DNA from: Octopus bimaculoides
Taxonomy: Eukaryota
NCBI RefSeq assembly: GCF_001194135.2
Contig: NC_068994.1
Location: forward strand, 41,987,028 to 42,046,679
Direction: 5' to 3'
DNA length: 59,652 nt
The position numbers and the translations under genes are program-made. Shown here piece after piece: positions 24,828 through 37,428 of this stretch. Positions within the stretch are counted from its first letter, which is position 1; every line of letters begins with the position of its first letter. The notes below the pieces were generated by a model that saw only the letters and a program-made list of their open reading frames with translations, was not told the DNA's origin and ran no database searches.

Positions 24828-25589
24828 ATCATCGTCATTTAACATCTACTTTCCATGCTGGCATGGGTTGGGTGATTTGACTGAGGAGTAGTGAACCAGA
24901 TGGCTGCACTTGGCTCCAATCTGATCTGGCAGAGTTTCTACAGCTGGATGCCCTTCCTAATGTCAACTACTCTGAGAGTGTAGTGGGTGCTTTTATGTGT
25001 CACTGGCATGAGGACCAGTCAGGCGGTACTGGCAACGGCCATGCTCAAATGGTGTTTTTTTACGTGCCACCTGCACAGGAGCCAGTCCAGCAGCACTGGC
25101 AATGAACTCGCTTGAATTTTTTTTCATGTGCCACCGACAATCGAATGGTGCTTTTTACGTGCCACCAGCCAGTCAGCTGCTCTGGCAACGATCATGCTCG
25201 GATGGTGCTCTCAGTGCTCCACTAGCACGGATGCCAGTCATCGAATTTGATTTCAGTTTCACTTGCCTCAACAGGTCTTCGCAAGTAGAGTTTAGTGTCC
25301 AATGAAGGAAAGGTATGCATAAGTGCTCTGGTTACACCCCTGGTATAGGCCACGGGTTATGGTCTCACTTGGCTTGCCGGGTCTTCTCAAGCACAGCATA
25401 TTTCCAATGGTCTTGGTCACTAGTCATTGCCTCAGTGAGGCCAAATTTTCAAAAGTCGTGCTTCACTACCTCATCCCATGTCTTCTTAGGTCTACCTCCT
25501 CCAGAGGTTCCCTCAACTGCTAGGGTGTGGCATGTTTTCACACAGCTATCCTCATCCATTCTTGACACACGACCATACCAGCACAGTCG
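24828..25589 (-). mobile_element. 5'-truncated RTE-clade LINE: ORF C-terminus, about 540-bp 3'UTR and (GAT)n tail
   Basis: RLCWYGRVSRMDEDSCVKTCHTLAVEGTSGGGRPKKTWDEVVKHDF*KFGLTEAMTSDQDHWKYAVLEKTRQAK* (25589-25365). Confidence 0.9.
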
Positions 25590-25611
25590 TATATGTGTGT
25601 GTGTGTGCGTA

Positions 25612-25667
<56 letters not shown>

Positions 25668-25677
25668 NNNNNNNNNN

Positions 25678-25732
<55 letters not shown>

Positions 25733-26334
25733 ACATATGTACATATATATATATGAATATATGTGTGCATGAGGGTGTGTGTGTAGATAGATAGATGCAT
25801 ACATGTATGTGTATCTATGAGTATTACTAGCTAGTATGCCATTTTATTTTCAATGAAACAAATAAAATGGTCATAATTAATAACATATATTAATAACAAG
25901 CACACACACTGAAATTTTTCTATTGTATCTAAATATATTTCAAGTATGAATGTGAAAAAATTCACGGTGCAAATATAAGCAGACCAAAAATGCAAATCGA
26001 TCTATAATAATTCATGAATAAAGCCATCAGCACTGAAAATTTATATCAGATTAGATCGGAATCAAAATGAAAATCTAATAAACTGTTCATCTCGTGTACC
26101 CATCGATTTATTAGATGTGTATAAGGTCTCAGATTTAAAGAAGATGAGAAAAAAGATTGTATGACATTTTGATGGTTATTAAAGGAATCAGAAACGGTGT
26201 GAAAGCAGTGAAATTATTTTCACGTAAAGTACTGAATCTGAGCTTGTTAATGTACTAAGATTGCTAACAGCTTACTTCGATATGTCACAACAGAATTGCT
26301 GCCACTAATCTGGGGTTCAAGTTTTTATTTTTTT

Positions 26335-26510
26335 TAATCTTTTACTTGCTTCAGCCATTGGACTGCAGTCATGCTGGAGCAATCATCTTGAAAAGTTCAG
26401 TCAAACAAAGAAGCCTGGTACTTATTCTATTGGTCTCTATTTGCTAAACCACTAGGTTACAGGAATGTAAACAAACTAACACTGGTTGTCTAGCATGGTG
26501 GTGTTGGGGA
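26335..26510 (-). mobile_element. SINE family B tail half
   Basis: GACTGCAGTCATGCTGGAGCA...AACACTGGTTGTC. Confidence 0.7.
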
Positions 26511-26620
26511 TACACACACATGCACACCACACACACATAGCCAGACACATACACACATATATATATAATACATACTTGCATACATACATACATACATACA
26601 TACATACAAGTATATATTTT

Positions 26621-26805
26621 GAGAAAGTTCGTTATGGTTGGTTCATAGGGTTAACTAGGGTTTTGCATCCATAAAGCACTTAAATTTACTTATCTTATCA
26701 AACCTTAATGACCAGTCATTAAGGTCTGATGAAATGTATGTAAAGTTAAGTGCTTTATGGATGTGAAATCCTGGGTAACCCCATGAAACAGCCATAATTT
26801 TTCTC
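26621..26805. mobile_element. Foldback/palindromic MITE (about 90-bp arms)
   Basis: Imperfect palindrome centred on CCTTAATGAC-CA-GTCATTAAGG (26703-26724). Confidence 0.7.
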
Positions 26806-28706
26806 TAAATACTCTACTGCTCTATAACTTATAGAGTGCTTCAGTTTTAGATTTATGATTTACTGATGATTCNNNNNNNNNNNNNNNNNNNNNNNNNNNN
26901 NNNNNNNNNNNNNNNNNNNNNNNNNNNNNNNNNNNNNNNNNNNNNNNNNNNNNNNNNNNNNNNNNNNNNNNNNNNNNNNNNNNNNNNNNNNNNNNNNNNN
27001 NNNNNNNNNNNNNNNNNNNNNNNNNNNNNNNNNNNNNNNNNNNNNNNNNNNNNNNNNNNNNNNNNNNNNNNNNNNNNNNNNNNNNNNNNNNNNNNNNNNN
27101 NNNNNNNNNNNNNNNNNNNNNNNNNNNNNNNNNNNNNNNNNNNNNNNNNNNNNNNNNNNNNNNNNNNNNNNNNNNNNNNNNNNNNNNNNNNNNNNNNNNN
27201 NNNNNNNNNNNNNNNNNNNNNNNNNNNNNNNNNNNNNNNNNNNNNNNNNNNNNNNNNNNNNNNNNNNNNNNNNNNNNNNNNNNNNNNNNNNNNNNNNNNN
27301 NNNNNNNNNNNNNNNNNNNNNNNNNNNNNNNNNNNNNNNNNNNNNNNNNNNNNNNNNNNNNNNNNNNNNNNNNNNNNNNNNNNNNNNNNNNNNNNNNNNN
27401 NNNNNNNNNNNNNNNNNNNNNNNNNNNNNNNNNNNNNNNNNNNNNNNNNNNNNNNNNNNNNNNNNNNNNNNNNNNNNNNNNNNNNNNNNNNNNNNNNNNN
27501 NNNNNNNNNNNNNNNNNNNNNNNNNNNNNNNNNNNNNNNNNNNNNNNNNNNNNNNNNNNNNNNNNNNNNNNNNNNNNNNNNNNNNNNNNNNNNNNNNNNN
27601 NNNNNNNNNNNNNNNNNNNNNNNNNNNNNNNNNNNNNNNNNNNNNNNNNNNNNNNNNNNNNNNNNNNNNNNNNNNNNNNNNNNNNNNNNNNNNNNNNNNN
27701 NNNNNNNNNNNNNNNNNNNNNNNNNNNNNNNNNNNNNNNNNNNNNNNNNNNNNNNNNNNNNNNNNNNNNNNNNNACGTGACTTTTCAGTATTAATTTTCA
27801 TAGCATTATTTACGTAATATAGAATTTTCGTATGGATATAGTTATTACTCTGCGTTAATTTGCAAGTTTAAGTATTTTAGTATTTTTAATCCTCAAGAAA
27901 CGTTTTATTTTGGGTAAATTTTCTTTTTCGATATTTTCGTTATTATTTTAGTAATTATAATACACAGGTACTTCTGGGTAATAGACACCATATTCTATAG
28001 GACAGCCATTTTTGTTTTAATCTACAGTTAAATCTTATCGGCAGGTAAGTCATGTTTTCTTATTTTAATTTTATAAACAATATTGACATCCGTCTTTTAG
28101 TAACTTTGTACACTAACACATTTTTTTTACTCTTATCTACTTAATCCATAATGTTTTAACCTTGTTTACTATAATATTTTTAGATTGTAACTCTTAATAA
28201 TTATATTAATAGCGTTAATGTAGGGATTAGTTTACAGATTTTGTCTCTTTATATATATTTTTATTTCTCATGTTTATGTTTATTCCTTGAATGATTTTAG
28301 GTATTTTCTTAGGGATTTGACCTGAAGCGTGACTGATTTTGGGAGTAAAATCTTTTCCCGTTATAATGAACTCGGATTTGCTTATGATTTTATATAGTCC
28401 TATTTCAGCCATGAAAAGCATGTATTCTATGTACTAGCACTAACTTTTTACATTATACTTCCATACTGTATATTATCGTATTAATTTTGACTGTCCAATT
28501 TATAACTTTGACTTTTAAATTTTTAAAATTAATATTTCTNNNNNNNNNNNNNNNNNNNNNNNNNNNNNNNNNNNNNNNNNNNNNNNNNNNNNNNNNNNNN
28601 NNNNNNNNNNNNNNNNNNNNNNNNNNNNNNNNAGATGGTATATGCCTCACAGCATGGATTTGGACGGGTTCTGAGTTGTAGAGTGGTGGTTTGTCTCTCA
28701 ATTAGT

Positions 28707-28737
<31 letters not shown>

Positions 28738-30271
28738 ATTTTCACTTGAGCACAGCAAAACTAATAACCAGTTGTTAAGACTCAACATATTGAAGCTTTA
28801 AAATGAATTGTTTAGAGAGTAAAGAGCATGCTATCAATTAATGAATAACAATAGAACACGAGGAGTTGTGTAATCACTTTCATTAGCTTACGACTGTTTC
28901 TGCTATAAGAAGCAGTGTACTCAGATCTGAGTACCTGTGCAACATCCTATGGTTTCCTCAGAGCCATTAAAAGGAAGTGTTTGTTTATTTTGGAATGTAT
29001 TTAAATACATGTACTAAAATGTATGTGTATATGTATGCATAGAGAGAGAGAGGAAAAGAGAGTGAGTGAGTGAGAGAAAGGTACATTCATTCTATATATT
29101 AATGTTCATCAACAGAATATATCTGAAGTAAGTTTCCCTATCACTTTGTGACACTGTAATGGTCAAAACCTTTATTAGGACTTTTAGGTCTACTCTTTTG
29201 ACTACAGCTTATCAGTTATTAGAACTAACCAATAGCAAATGTTTGCTAAAATAAATGGAGGCAAGTTTGTCCATGTGATTAGGAGATAAAGTTTGTAACC
29301 ATGTGGTTCCAGATTTGATCCCAATGTGCTGGAATTTGGGCAAGAATCCACCATCAAACTGACCAGCACCTAACACCTTGCCAGTGGAATTTAGCAGTCA
29401 GAGAGACTGTGCAGAAGCCCACTACACACACGCGTGCACACACACACAAACATACATACACACATACGCACACATGCACACACACGCACGCACACACACA
29501 CTCATGCAAAGCCTGTAAGAGTGAGGTCCTGCCTGTGTATAGGTCAAGGGTTCAAAGAGCCAAGAGGAAGCTCTATAACAATCTTCTGGGTCCCTCTCCA
29601 ACACCTTGCACTGCTTTGAATTTTGAGAAGAGTTCATTTCTCCAGGCTCACAGACACTTTTGTTCTGCTTTTCTAAATTTCTCTCTGATGCATTGTGCAA
29701 GTATCTATATGCATGAGTGTGGATGAAAGCATGTGACCTGATAGTGTCACATTTATGTTTATTTTTTTTTTTTTCGTTTTGCTATCATGAGACTATGATA
29801 TTATAAATAATAATAATATGCCCAAATATTATCAAATATATGAGTGCCCATTTCTCTATCTGCTTCACGGATTTCTGGACACACACACACATGCGTGCAT
29901 GCACACACACCCACACACGCACATACACACACACACATATATATAGAAAGAGAAAAGGAGAGAGAGGGAAAGAGGTAGATATGTAGATACATACACTCAC
30001 ACACATATATGTATGTATATATATGTGTATGTTATATTTATATACTCAATGTGTTTGTGTGTGTGTGTGTGTGTTTATACATTTTACCTATGTATATCAG
30101 CAAAGAATATTAACAGGGACAAAAGCCAATGCTTTCTAAATGAAGTGCTCCGAGTACCTAATGCTTCATTGTCAGTTATACCACCAGGGGATTCACTCAT
30201 TGGAAACTTGTAAAGGACAACACTATAACTGATGTTTACAAAATTCCAATATATATATAAAACAAAATAAT

Positions 30272-30307
<36 letters not shown>

Positions 30308-30468
30308 GAGGACAAATATCCGTCAAATGTAAATAATGTACATAATTCCTCATCTCTTAAATATAGAACTGTATTATATATTTATATACATCTTCATTGG
30401 CTTTTAATGATTTAAAGCTGTTGATAGTTTTAGTTTATTCGATCAGGGATGTTCTCTAATTCACATAC

Positions 30469-30610
30469 CTGCTATTTCTTCGTACTGATCACCATCTTTG
30501 CCACTCCAGACTGGTCCACAGTGCATGTGAGGGGACATAGGGCTGTCATGTTTGGCAGACATTTGATTAAGTCTTTTGTTAGGGATCTCAGTAAGTCGAG
30601 GAATATACCT
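30469..30610 (-). CDS. Coding exon, 142 nt, phase 0->1: RYIPRLTEIPNKRLNQMSAKHDSPMSPHMHCGPVWSGKDGDQYEEIA; product unidentified
   Basis: Very strong acceptor ttcttttttttttctttgatctttttctccacag, donor CAG|gtatgt, fully open frame, GC higher than flanks, non-repetitive protein-like translation. Confidence 0.8.
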
Positions 30611-31389
30611 CTGTGGAGAAAAAGATCAAAGAAAAAAAAAAGAAATCAAAAGGAATGGCTACAATTTCACTGGTGGTGAACAACTGCAGTGATAAACGCA
30701 TGCAGTGATAAACATATTGTGGTAAACACTGAATTGGTTTATTTATTCACTGCCACTGGTAGTAAACATATAAATAAGACCAAGCCAATGAGGGGAACAT
30801 CTACAAGGTCGCTAAAACCGCTAGAAATAGAAGCTAAATATTCCTCAAAATCACATCCTAGCATCTCCAAAATTGAAGAACTCACTCAACAAAAACAACA
30901 AAAATTAAGCACAAGTTATAATATAAAGAACAGGTAGGTGTCACAAACAAAAGAGTATGACATGGTGACATTTATCATGCTTTCATTAATGGTTTCTGGC
31001 ACCTATGTAGCTGCAAGCAAATGTAGACAGCCTCTCATGGCCCTCTGCCATACTCCTTCTTTCAACCTACAGAACATCCAGGATGTAACAAGTAGAGAGT
31101 GAGAGAGAGTAAACAACACCAGAACACAACAGGTACTTATTACAGCTGAATGAAAGGAAGCAAGAACACAGCATGGCACCTGGTCTGGGAACTGACCTCA
31201 TAAACCAAATACCCTAACCAATAGGCTGTGCATCATCACATGCAAGTTGTATTAAGCCCTAAAATAACAGGATAGACAGTATTGTTGGAATACCTTCAAT
31301 CATTGGTCTGTTAAGGGGTAATCTGAAACTAAACACCAACAACACCAACAACAACAACATAGATACATAAGATGATCCACCAAAAGAGT

Positions 31390-32010
31390 CTCCACATCAT
31401 CATCATCATCATCATAATTTAACACTCATATTCCATGTTGGTATGGGTTGAATGGTTTGGCAGGATTTGGCAGATTAAAGGATGATATTGAAATCCTATA
31501 TCAGTTTTGGTATAGGTTATATGACTGATGCCTTTCCTAATGCCAACCACTTTACAGCGTGTACTGGGTGCTTTTTTGTGTCACTGGTACCAGTGAGGAT
31601 CCCAAGTAGTTTGCAAGATGTCCAATAATTGTGGGGGATTTAGTTCTGAGGGAGGTGGCTTTAACCAGGTGTTGAGAAGCAAGAATATGATAAAGAGATA
31701 GGAACGAGTGTTTTGCTCTAGAGGAGATACGTTGCTACCCCAGCTGGGATAGGAGTAAAGAAGATGGTGATTATGAGGTTACATACCCTCAAGTTACAAG
31801 AGGATGCATATAAGGAAGATGTGTACAGAAGAACAGGTGAGAAAGATAGGGGTAGAGGATCAGGTAGTTTTGCAAGAGTGTAAGGTGAGTGACAGATAGG
31901 TAGAGATAGGGAATATAGGGATATTGGTGAGGTTGTGAGCAGTAAACGAACAAGGGGACATGGTCAATGGGAAAAAATCAGTTTGGGACAAGGTAAAGAA
32001 AGAGGAGGTG
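31390..32010 (-). mobile_element. GAT-tailed RTE-related 3' fragment with longer upstream part
   Basis: (CAT)n-TTTAAC...CCATGTTGGTATGGGTTG...GATGCCTTTCCTAATGCCAACCAC motifs; upstream part resembles 41585-41700 and 1640-1800. Confidence 0.7.
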
Positions 32011-32219
32011 ATACATGACAGTACATGATTATCCAGTTTGCTATTTTGTTAATCTGACTCAAACCATACATTAAGCATCTTGGCAAAGAAAAGGAACACA
32101 TTGGGTAATATAGTTTTAGTTAGGCTTAAAATCCTGCAATAGATGGAATAGCTATGATCAAAAGTTTACTAAATAAAAGTTATAAACCTATGATTAAACA
32201 ACACCAATAACAATATAAA

Positions 32220-32355
32220 TAAATTTCTTATTTCTTATTTCTTTATTACCCACAAGGGGCTAAACATAGAAGGGACAAACAAGGACAGACAAAGGGATTA
32301 ACTTGAAGTCGATTACATCGACCCCAGTGTGTAACTGGTACTTAATTTATCAACA
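32220..32355 (-). mobile_element. Family A SINE 3' part
   Basis: TTTCTTTATTACCCACAAGGGGCTAAACATAGA, as in 45228. Confidence 0.85.
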
Positions 32356-33284
32356 CCCTCTTCAAAATATATATTTCAAATATAAGCTTAGAAATATTAA
32401 ATGAAAATGGCAGATTTTTGAAGGAGTTGCAGAGTAAATGTTTTATAGTAATTTGGTACTGTGTGTTGAAACCTTGATGGATTTATTTTAAACTTTCATC
32501 ACACCAGGATCAATTGAATCAGTACCAGACATGTATCAGTGTCTCTTTAATCAACTATACCATTATGCCATGTACTAAAACATTGTAGCATTGTCTTGAT
32601 GAAATACTAAGTGTTTATTAAGTGTAAATAATATACAGTGTTAAAGTAATACAATAATGCAAGCATTGGTTTTTTTTCACACATTCACACAGACATTCAT
32701 AAATATATTGGTTTACACAACACACAAAATGACACAGAAGTACAAACATACATAAATGCACTGGATTATACTCACACACACACACACACACACACATTAC
32801 TCTACTTATATACATAAATATACTGGCTTATATATATATACATAAATACTTACACACACACTAATTTACATACATAACACTTGTTTACACATATACTTAA
32901 CTATAGTTACACATATACTAGAATAAATACACAAGATTACTCATATATCTCAATACAGTAGATTACACATACATGCATACATTCATAAATGCATGCATGC
33001 ATACATACACGCATGCATATATATACATGCATACACAGATACATATATACATAAAGGCATACATACTTATATACGTTCATACATACGTACATACACTTAT
33101 TTACATTGTGTGGGGTTTTGTATTGACCGCCTATTATTACAAGCCAGTGGTAATACTCTATCTATTGTGATGTTATATTAACATACACCACGCATGCATG
33201 CGCATACAAACATATAAGAATATATATAAAAAAGAAAGGACACACACATAAGTATATAAACACTCATATATGCTTATATATATA

Positions 33285-33339
<55 letters not shown>

Positions 33340-34529
33340 GTATATATGTATGTATATTCCCATTCATTCCCCCACAGTCACCCAACCACTGATCTNNNNN
33401 NNNNNNNNNNNNNNNNNNNNNNNNNNNNNNNNNNNNNNNNNNNNNNNNNNNNNNNNNNNNNNNNNNNNNNNNNNNNNNNNNNNNNNNNNNNNNNNNNNNN
33501 NNNNNNNNNNNNNNNNNNNNNNNNNNNNNNNNNNNNNNNNNNNNNNNNNNNNNNNNNNNNNNAATAACAAACACTCAAGGAAACAAACAAATAAATAAAC
33601 CAGCAGAAAGGTGTTAACCAAACACAAAGAAGAGATGTCAGTGGTAAATACAAACACATCAGGCATGCATACATACATACGTGCACACACTTATACATTT
33701 ACATATACAAACATAGAGTGTGTGCTATGGAAAGAGGCACAAAGTTAGGCTGTGTTCAAAGAACACACTGCACAGACCTTTCACAGTGTCAGCAATAAAT
33801 CACAAGAGACAAGGAATGATGGAAACAAACAAAAACTAAAAAAAAAAAAAAAGAAAGACACACACACACACAAAAGTAGCACACTTCATACAACAGGAGA
33901 CATTATAAAAATTCAGTTGGTTGGTAAGAAAGAGAATAAGGGGAGAGAAAGAGGAAGTAAGAGTCATATAGATACAGAGAGAGAAAGAGAGAATGTGTGT
34001 GTAGAGAGAGAGGAAGAAAGAAAGAAAGAAAGCTAGAGAGATAGAGAGGAGGGGAGGCACACAAGTTCTCTTTTACACCATACAAACACTTCTCACACTG
34101 GTCTCTTCCCTTATACGTTCCTTTTTGTAAACTCCATTAACACCCATCGCTGCACCTTTCTCTCACACTCACACACACACACACATACGCATAGGAGTTA
34201 CGAACATTTCCATATATCCAAACATATATACCTATACACCACTATGTGCATCCATTCATTCATTCGTTCATTCATTCATTCATACGCACGCATACAAAAA
34301 CACAGTTTGGTCCATTTTCGATAGATCATAACATGTACACATTGACAATAGAACATTGGGGGCATGGAATAAGTTTACTATTCAATCTCTCTCCTTCATC
34401 ATTGTTATATTGTAATTCCTCATCGTCTTTCATTCATTTCTCCTTGCTTCTCACCAAATTTTTTTCTCTCTTCTTCTCTTCCGTGACACACACACACACA
34501 CATATAAGTGTGTGCGTATATACATATAC

Positions 34530-34590
<61 letters not shown>

Positions 34591-35336
34591 TATACTGATA
34601 TATATATATATGTATATATATATATATNNNNNNNNNNNNNNNNNNNNNNNNNNNNNNNNNNNNNNNNNNNNNNNNNNNNNNNNNNNNNNNNNNNNNNNNN
34701 NNNNNNNNNNNNNNNNNNNNNNNNNNNNNNNNNNNNNNNNNNNNNNNNNNNNNNNNNNNNNNNNNNNNNNNNNNNNNNNNNNNNNNNNNNNNNNNNNNNN
34801 NNNNNNNNNNNNNNNNNNNNNNNNNNNNNNNNNNNNNNNNNNNNNNNNNNNNNNNNNNNNNNNNNNNNNNNNNNNNNNNNNNNNNNNNNNNNNNNNNNNN
34901 NNNNNNNNNNNNNNNNNNNNNNNNNNNNNNNNNNNNNNNNNNNNNNNNNNNNNNNNNNNNNNNNNNNNNNNNNNNNNNNNNNNNNNNNNNNNNNNNNNNN
35001 NNNNNNNNNNNNNNNNNNNNNNNNNNNNNNNNNNNNNNNNNNNNNNNNNNNNNNNNNNNNNNNNNNNNNNNNNNNNNNNNNNNNNNNNNNNNNNNNNNNN
35101 NNNNNNNNNNNNNNNNNNNNNNNNNNNNNNNNNNNNNNNNNNNNNNNNNNNNNNNNNNNNNNNNNNNNNNNNNNNNNNNNNNNNNNNNNNNNNNNNNNNN
35201 NNNNNNNNNNNNNNNNNNNNNNNNNNNNNNNNNNNNNNNNNNNNNNNNNNNNNNNNNNNNNNNNNNNNNNNNNNNNNNNNNNNNNNNNNNNNNNNNNNNN
35301 NNNNNNNNNNNNNNNNNNNNNNNNNNNNNNNNNNNN

Positions 35337-35372
<36 letters not shown>

Positions 35373-35443
35373 GTCTATCTATCTATCTATCTATCTGTCT
35401 GTCTATCTGTCTATCTATCTATTTATCTATCTATCTATCTGTC

Positions 35444-35474
<31 letters not shown>

Positions 35475-35507
35475 CTATCTCTATCTGCCAGCCTGTCTGT
35501 GTGTCTG

Positions 35508-35561
<54 letters not shown>

Positions 35562-35719
35562 AGTTCACCCAACTATCCACATGTATCCATCCATCCATGC
35601 ATCCCTTCATCCAACTGTCCTTCTGTCTGTCTCTCTATCAGTTTATCTAATTATCTGTCTATCTATCAGTCTGTCTGTCTCACTCTCCCTCTTTCTCTCT
35701 TCCTCCCCCACACACGTGC

Positions 35720-35758
<39 letters not shown>

Positions 35759-35768
35759 NNNNNNNNNN

Positions 35769-35800
<32 letters not shown>
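35337..35800. repeat. (ATCT)n and (CA)n tracts
   Basis: Direct inspection. Confidence 0.95.
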
Positions 35801-35804
<4 letters not shown>

Positions 35805-36799
35805 TGCACATATACATATATGCATGAATGCACGAATACTTTTAGTTTTGAGAGGAAAACCTTTCACTCAAATCACAATCCATCTGAAGAATGCTCTGTT
35901 TAGCAGGAAACTTAAAGCCATGGCAAATCAGCAATATTTATCAGTTTACCTCATAACAAATATACATATATCTATATCTATATTCCTTCTACATAATGTT
36001 TTGACTACTCTCTTTTTGCCTCATGAATGCTTGAGATATGTTTGTATGCATATGCACATTTATATACATATATGCATGAATACATTTTTGAGTGTAGATT
36101 GATGTGTTCATAGAATGTTGACAGTACTAAGAACACATTGCGAATGCCTAACGTTTAGCGTATATGCTATATTTACACAGTGAAATTGAAGTGTAATGAA
36201 ATTATGTCAGTGTAGTAATGAATATGTTGGGAGTGTGCTAAGAATTCTTAATGAATCAGTGTTGAATTCATTGCGAACATATTATGAATAAAGTTTGGTA
36301 CACACTGTATGAATAATTGAGACTAGGTGTATGGATGCTATGAGGCATGCAGCACACAAGCGCACACACACACACACACACACACACAGATGTGTGTGTA
36401 CATATGCATGTGTTTATACATAAGTATGAATATATATGTATATGGAAGTATATATATGTATGTTTATATATAAATTGTATATATATATATATAAACTCTA
36501 TATATATAATTTATATAAGGGCATTACTATACAATAATGCCTCATGCTAAGAGAGACCCCAAAAGTCAAAACTGCTATAAGCACATTTTTACTGATCGTG
36601 AGGGGATGCAACTCTGAAAACTAACCTCCTAAAAACTTTCAACTTAACAGTAAACCAATGATTTCATAATCAATGCAGTAATCTGCACCTTTTATTCATC
36701 AGTACACGTATGGTCAAGACACATAAAAATAAACAAAAATAAACATATATATAAACTCTATATATATATATATATTTTTTTTTCTTTTATCTTTTATCA

Positions 36800-36940
36800 T
36801 TTACTTATTTCTGTCATTAGACTGCGGCCATGCTGGGGCACCATTGTGAATTTTTAGTCGAATGAATCAACCTCAGTACTTATTTTTTAAGCCTGGTACT
36901 TATTCTATCAGTCTAGTTTGCTGAACCGCTAAGTTACGGG
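36800..36940 (-). mobile_element. SINE family B tail half
   Basis: GACTGCGGCCATGCTGGGGCACC...GCTGAACCGCTAAGTTACGGG. Confidence 0.8.
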
Positions 36941-37317
36941 TATGCAAGATTCTTAAAACCCATGCCACCAGAGAGAAACAGATGTAAANNNNNNNNNNAA
37001 CAATGATGACAAAGATGATGATGATGATAATGATGACAACCATGACGATGACAATGATGATGATGATGACAACAATGATGATGATAATGATTGAATGAAT
37101 GGTAGGATTGACTTTATATTAAAGAACATAAGCTTCATTTTGATAGCACAAACACTGATTTTTCACATGTACATGCACACACACACACACACACACAATT
37201 TATTTACACTAAATTCATTTTCTAATGAGTTTTCTCATTGGATATCATTCAATAACAAAGACTTTGAGATGGTTGCTCTTTACTTCAAGTTGCCCCCAGA
37301 TTCTTTATTTGTGTATT

Positions 37318-37428
37318 AAGGCTACCATTGGTTTCATTTTAAGAAAAATATCTTAAGTTTTCAATTTCTCTATCTGATCAGCTTGAAAAATTAAGATATG
37401 TTTCTTAACATGAAACCAATGGTAGCTT
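37318..37428. mobile_element. Short palindromic MITE with GGCTACCATTGGTTTC termini
   Basis: Arms AAGGCTACCATTGGTTTCATTTTAAGAAAAATATCTTAA / TTAAGATATGTTTCTTAACATGAAACCAATGGTAGCTT. Confidence 0.7.

Noticed and set aside
26860-27801. Long ORFs containing X (also near 9889-10422, 34508-35650, 38897-39618, 45381-46494, 50289-50993, 56578-57050)
   Set aside because: Open only because they run through N gaps
29422-29700. 92-aa minus ORF MHNASERNLEK...
   Set aside because: No usable donor, phase incompatible with exon 30469, ends in (TG)n; more likely an old repeat
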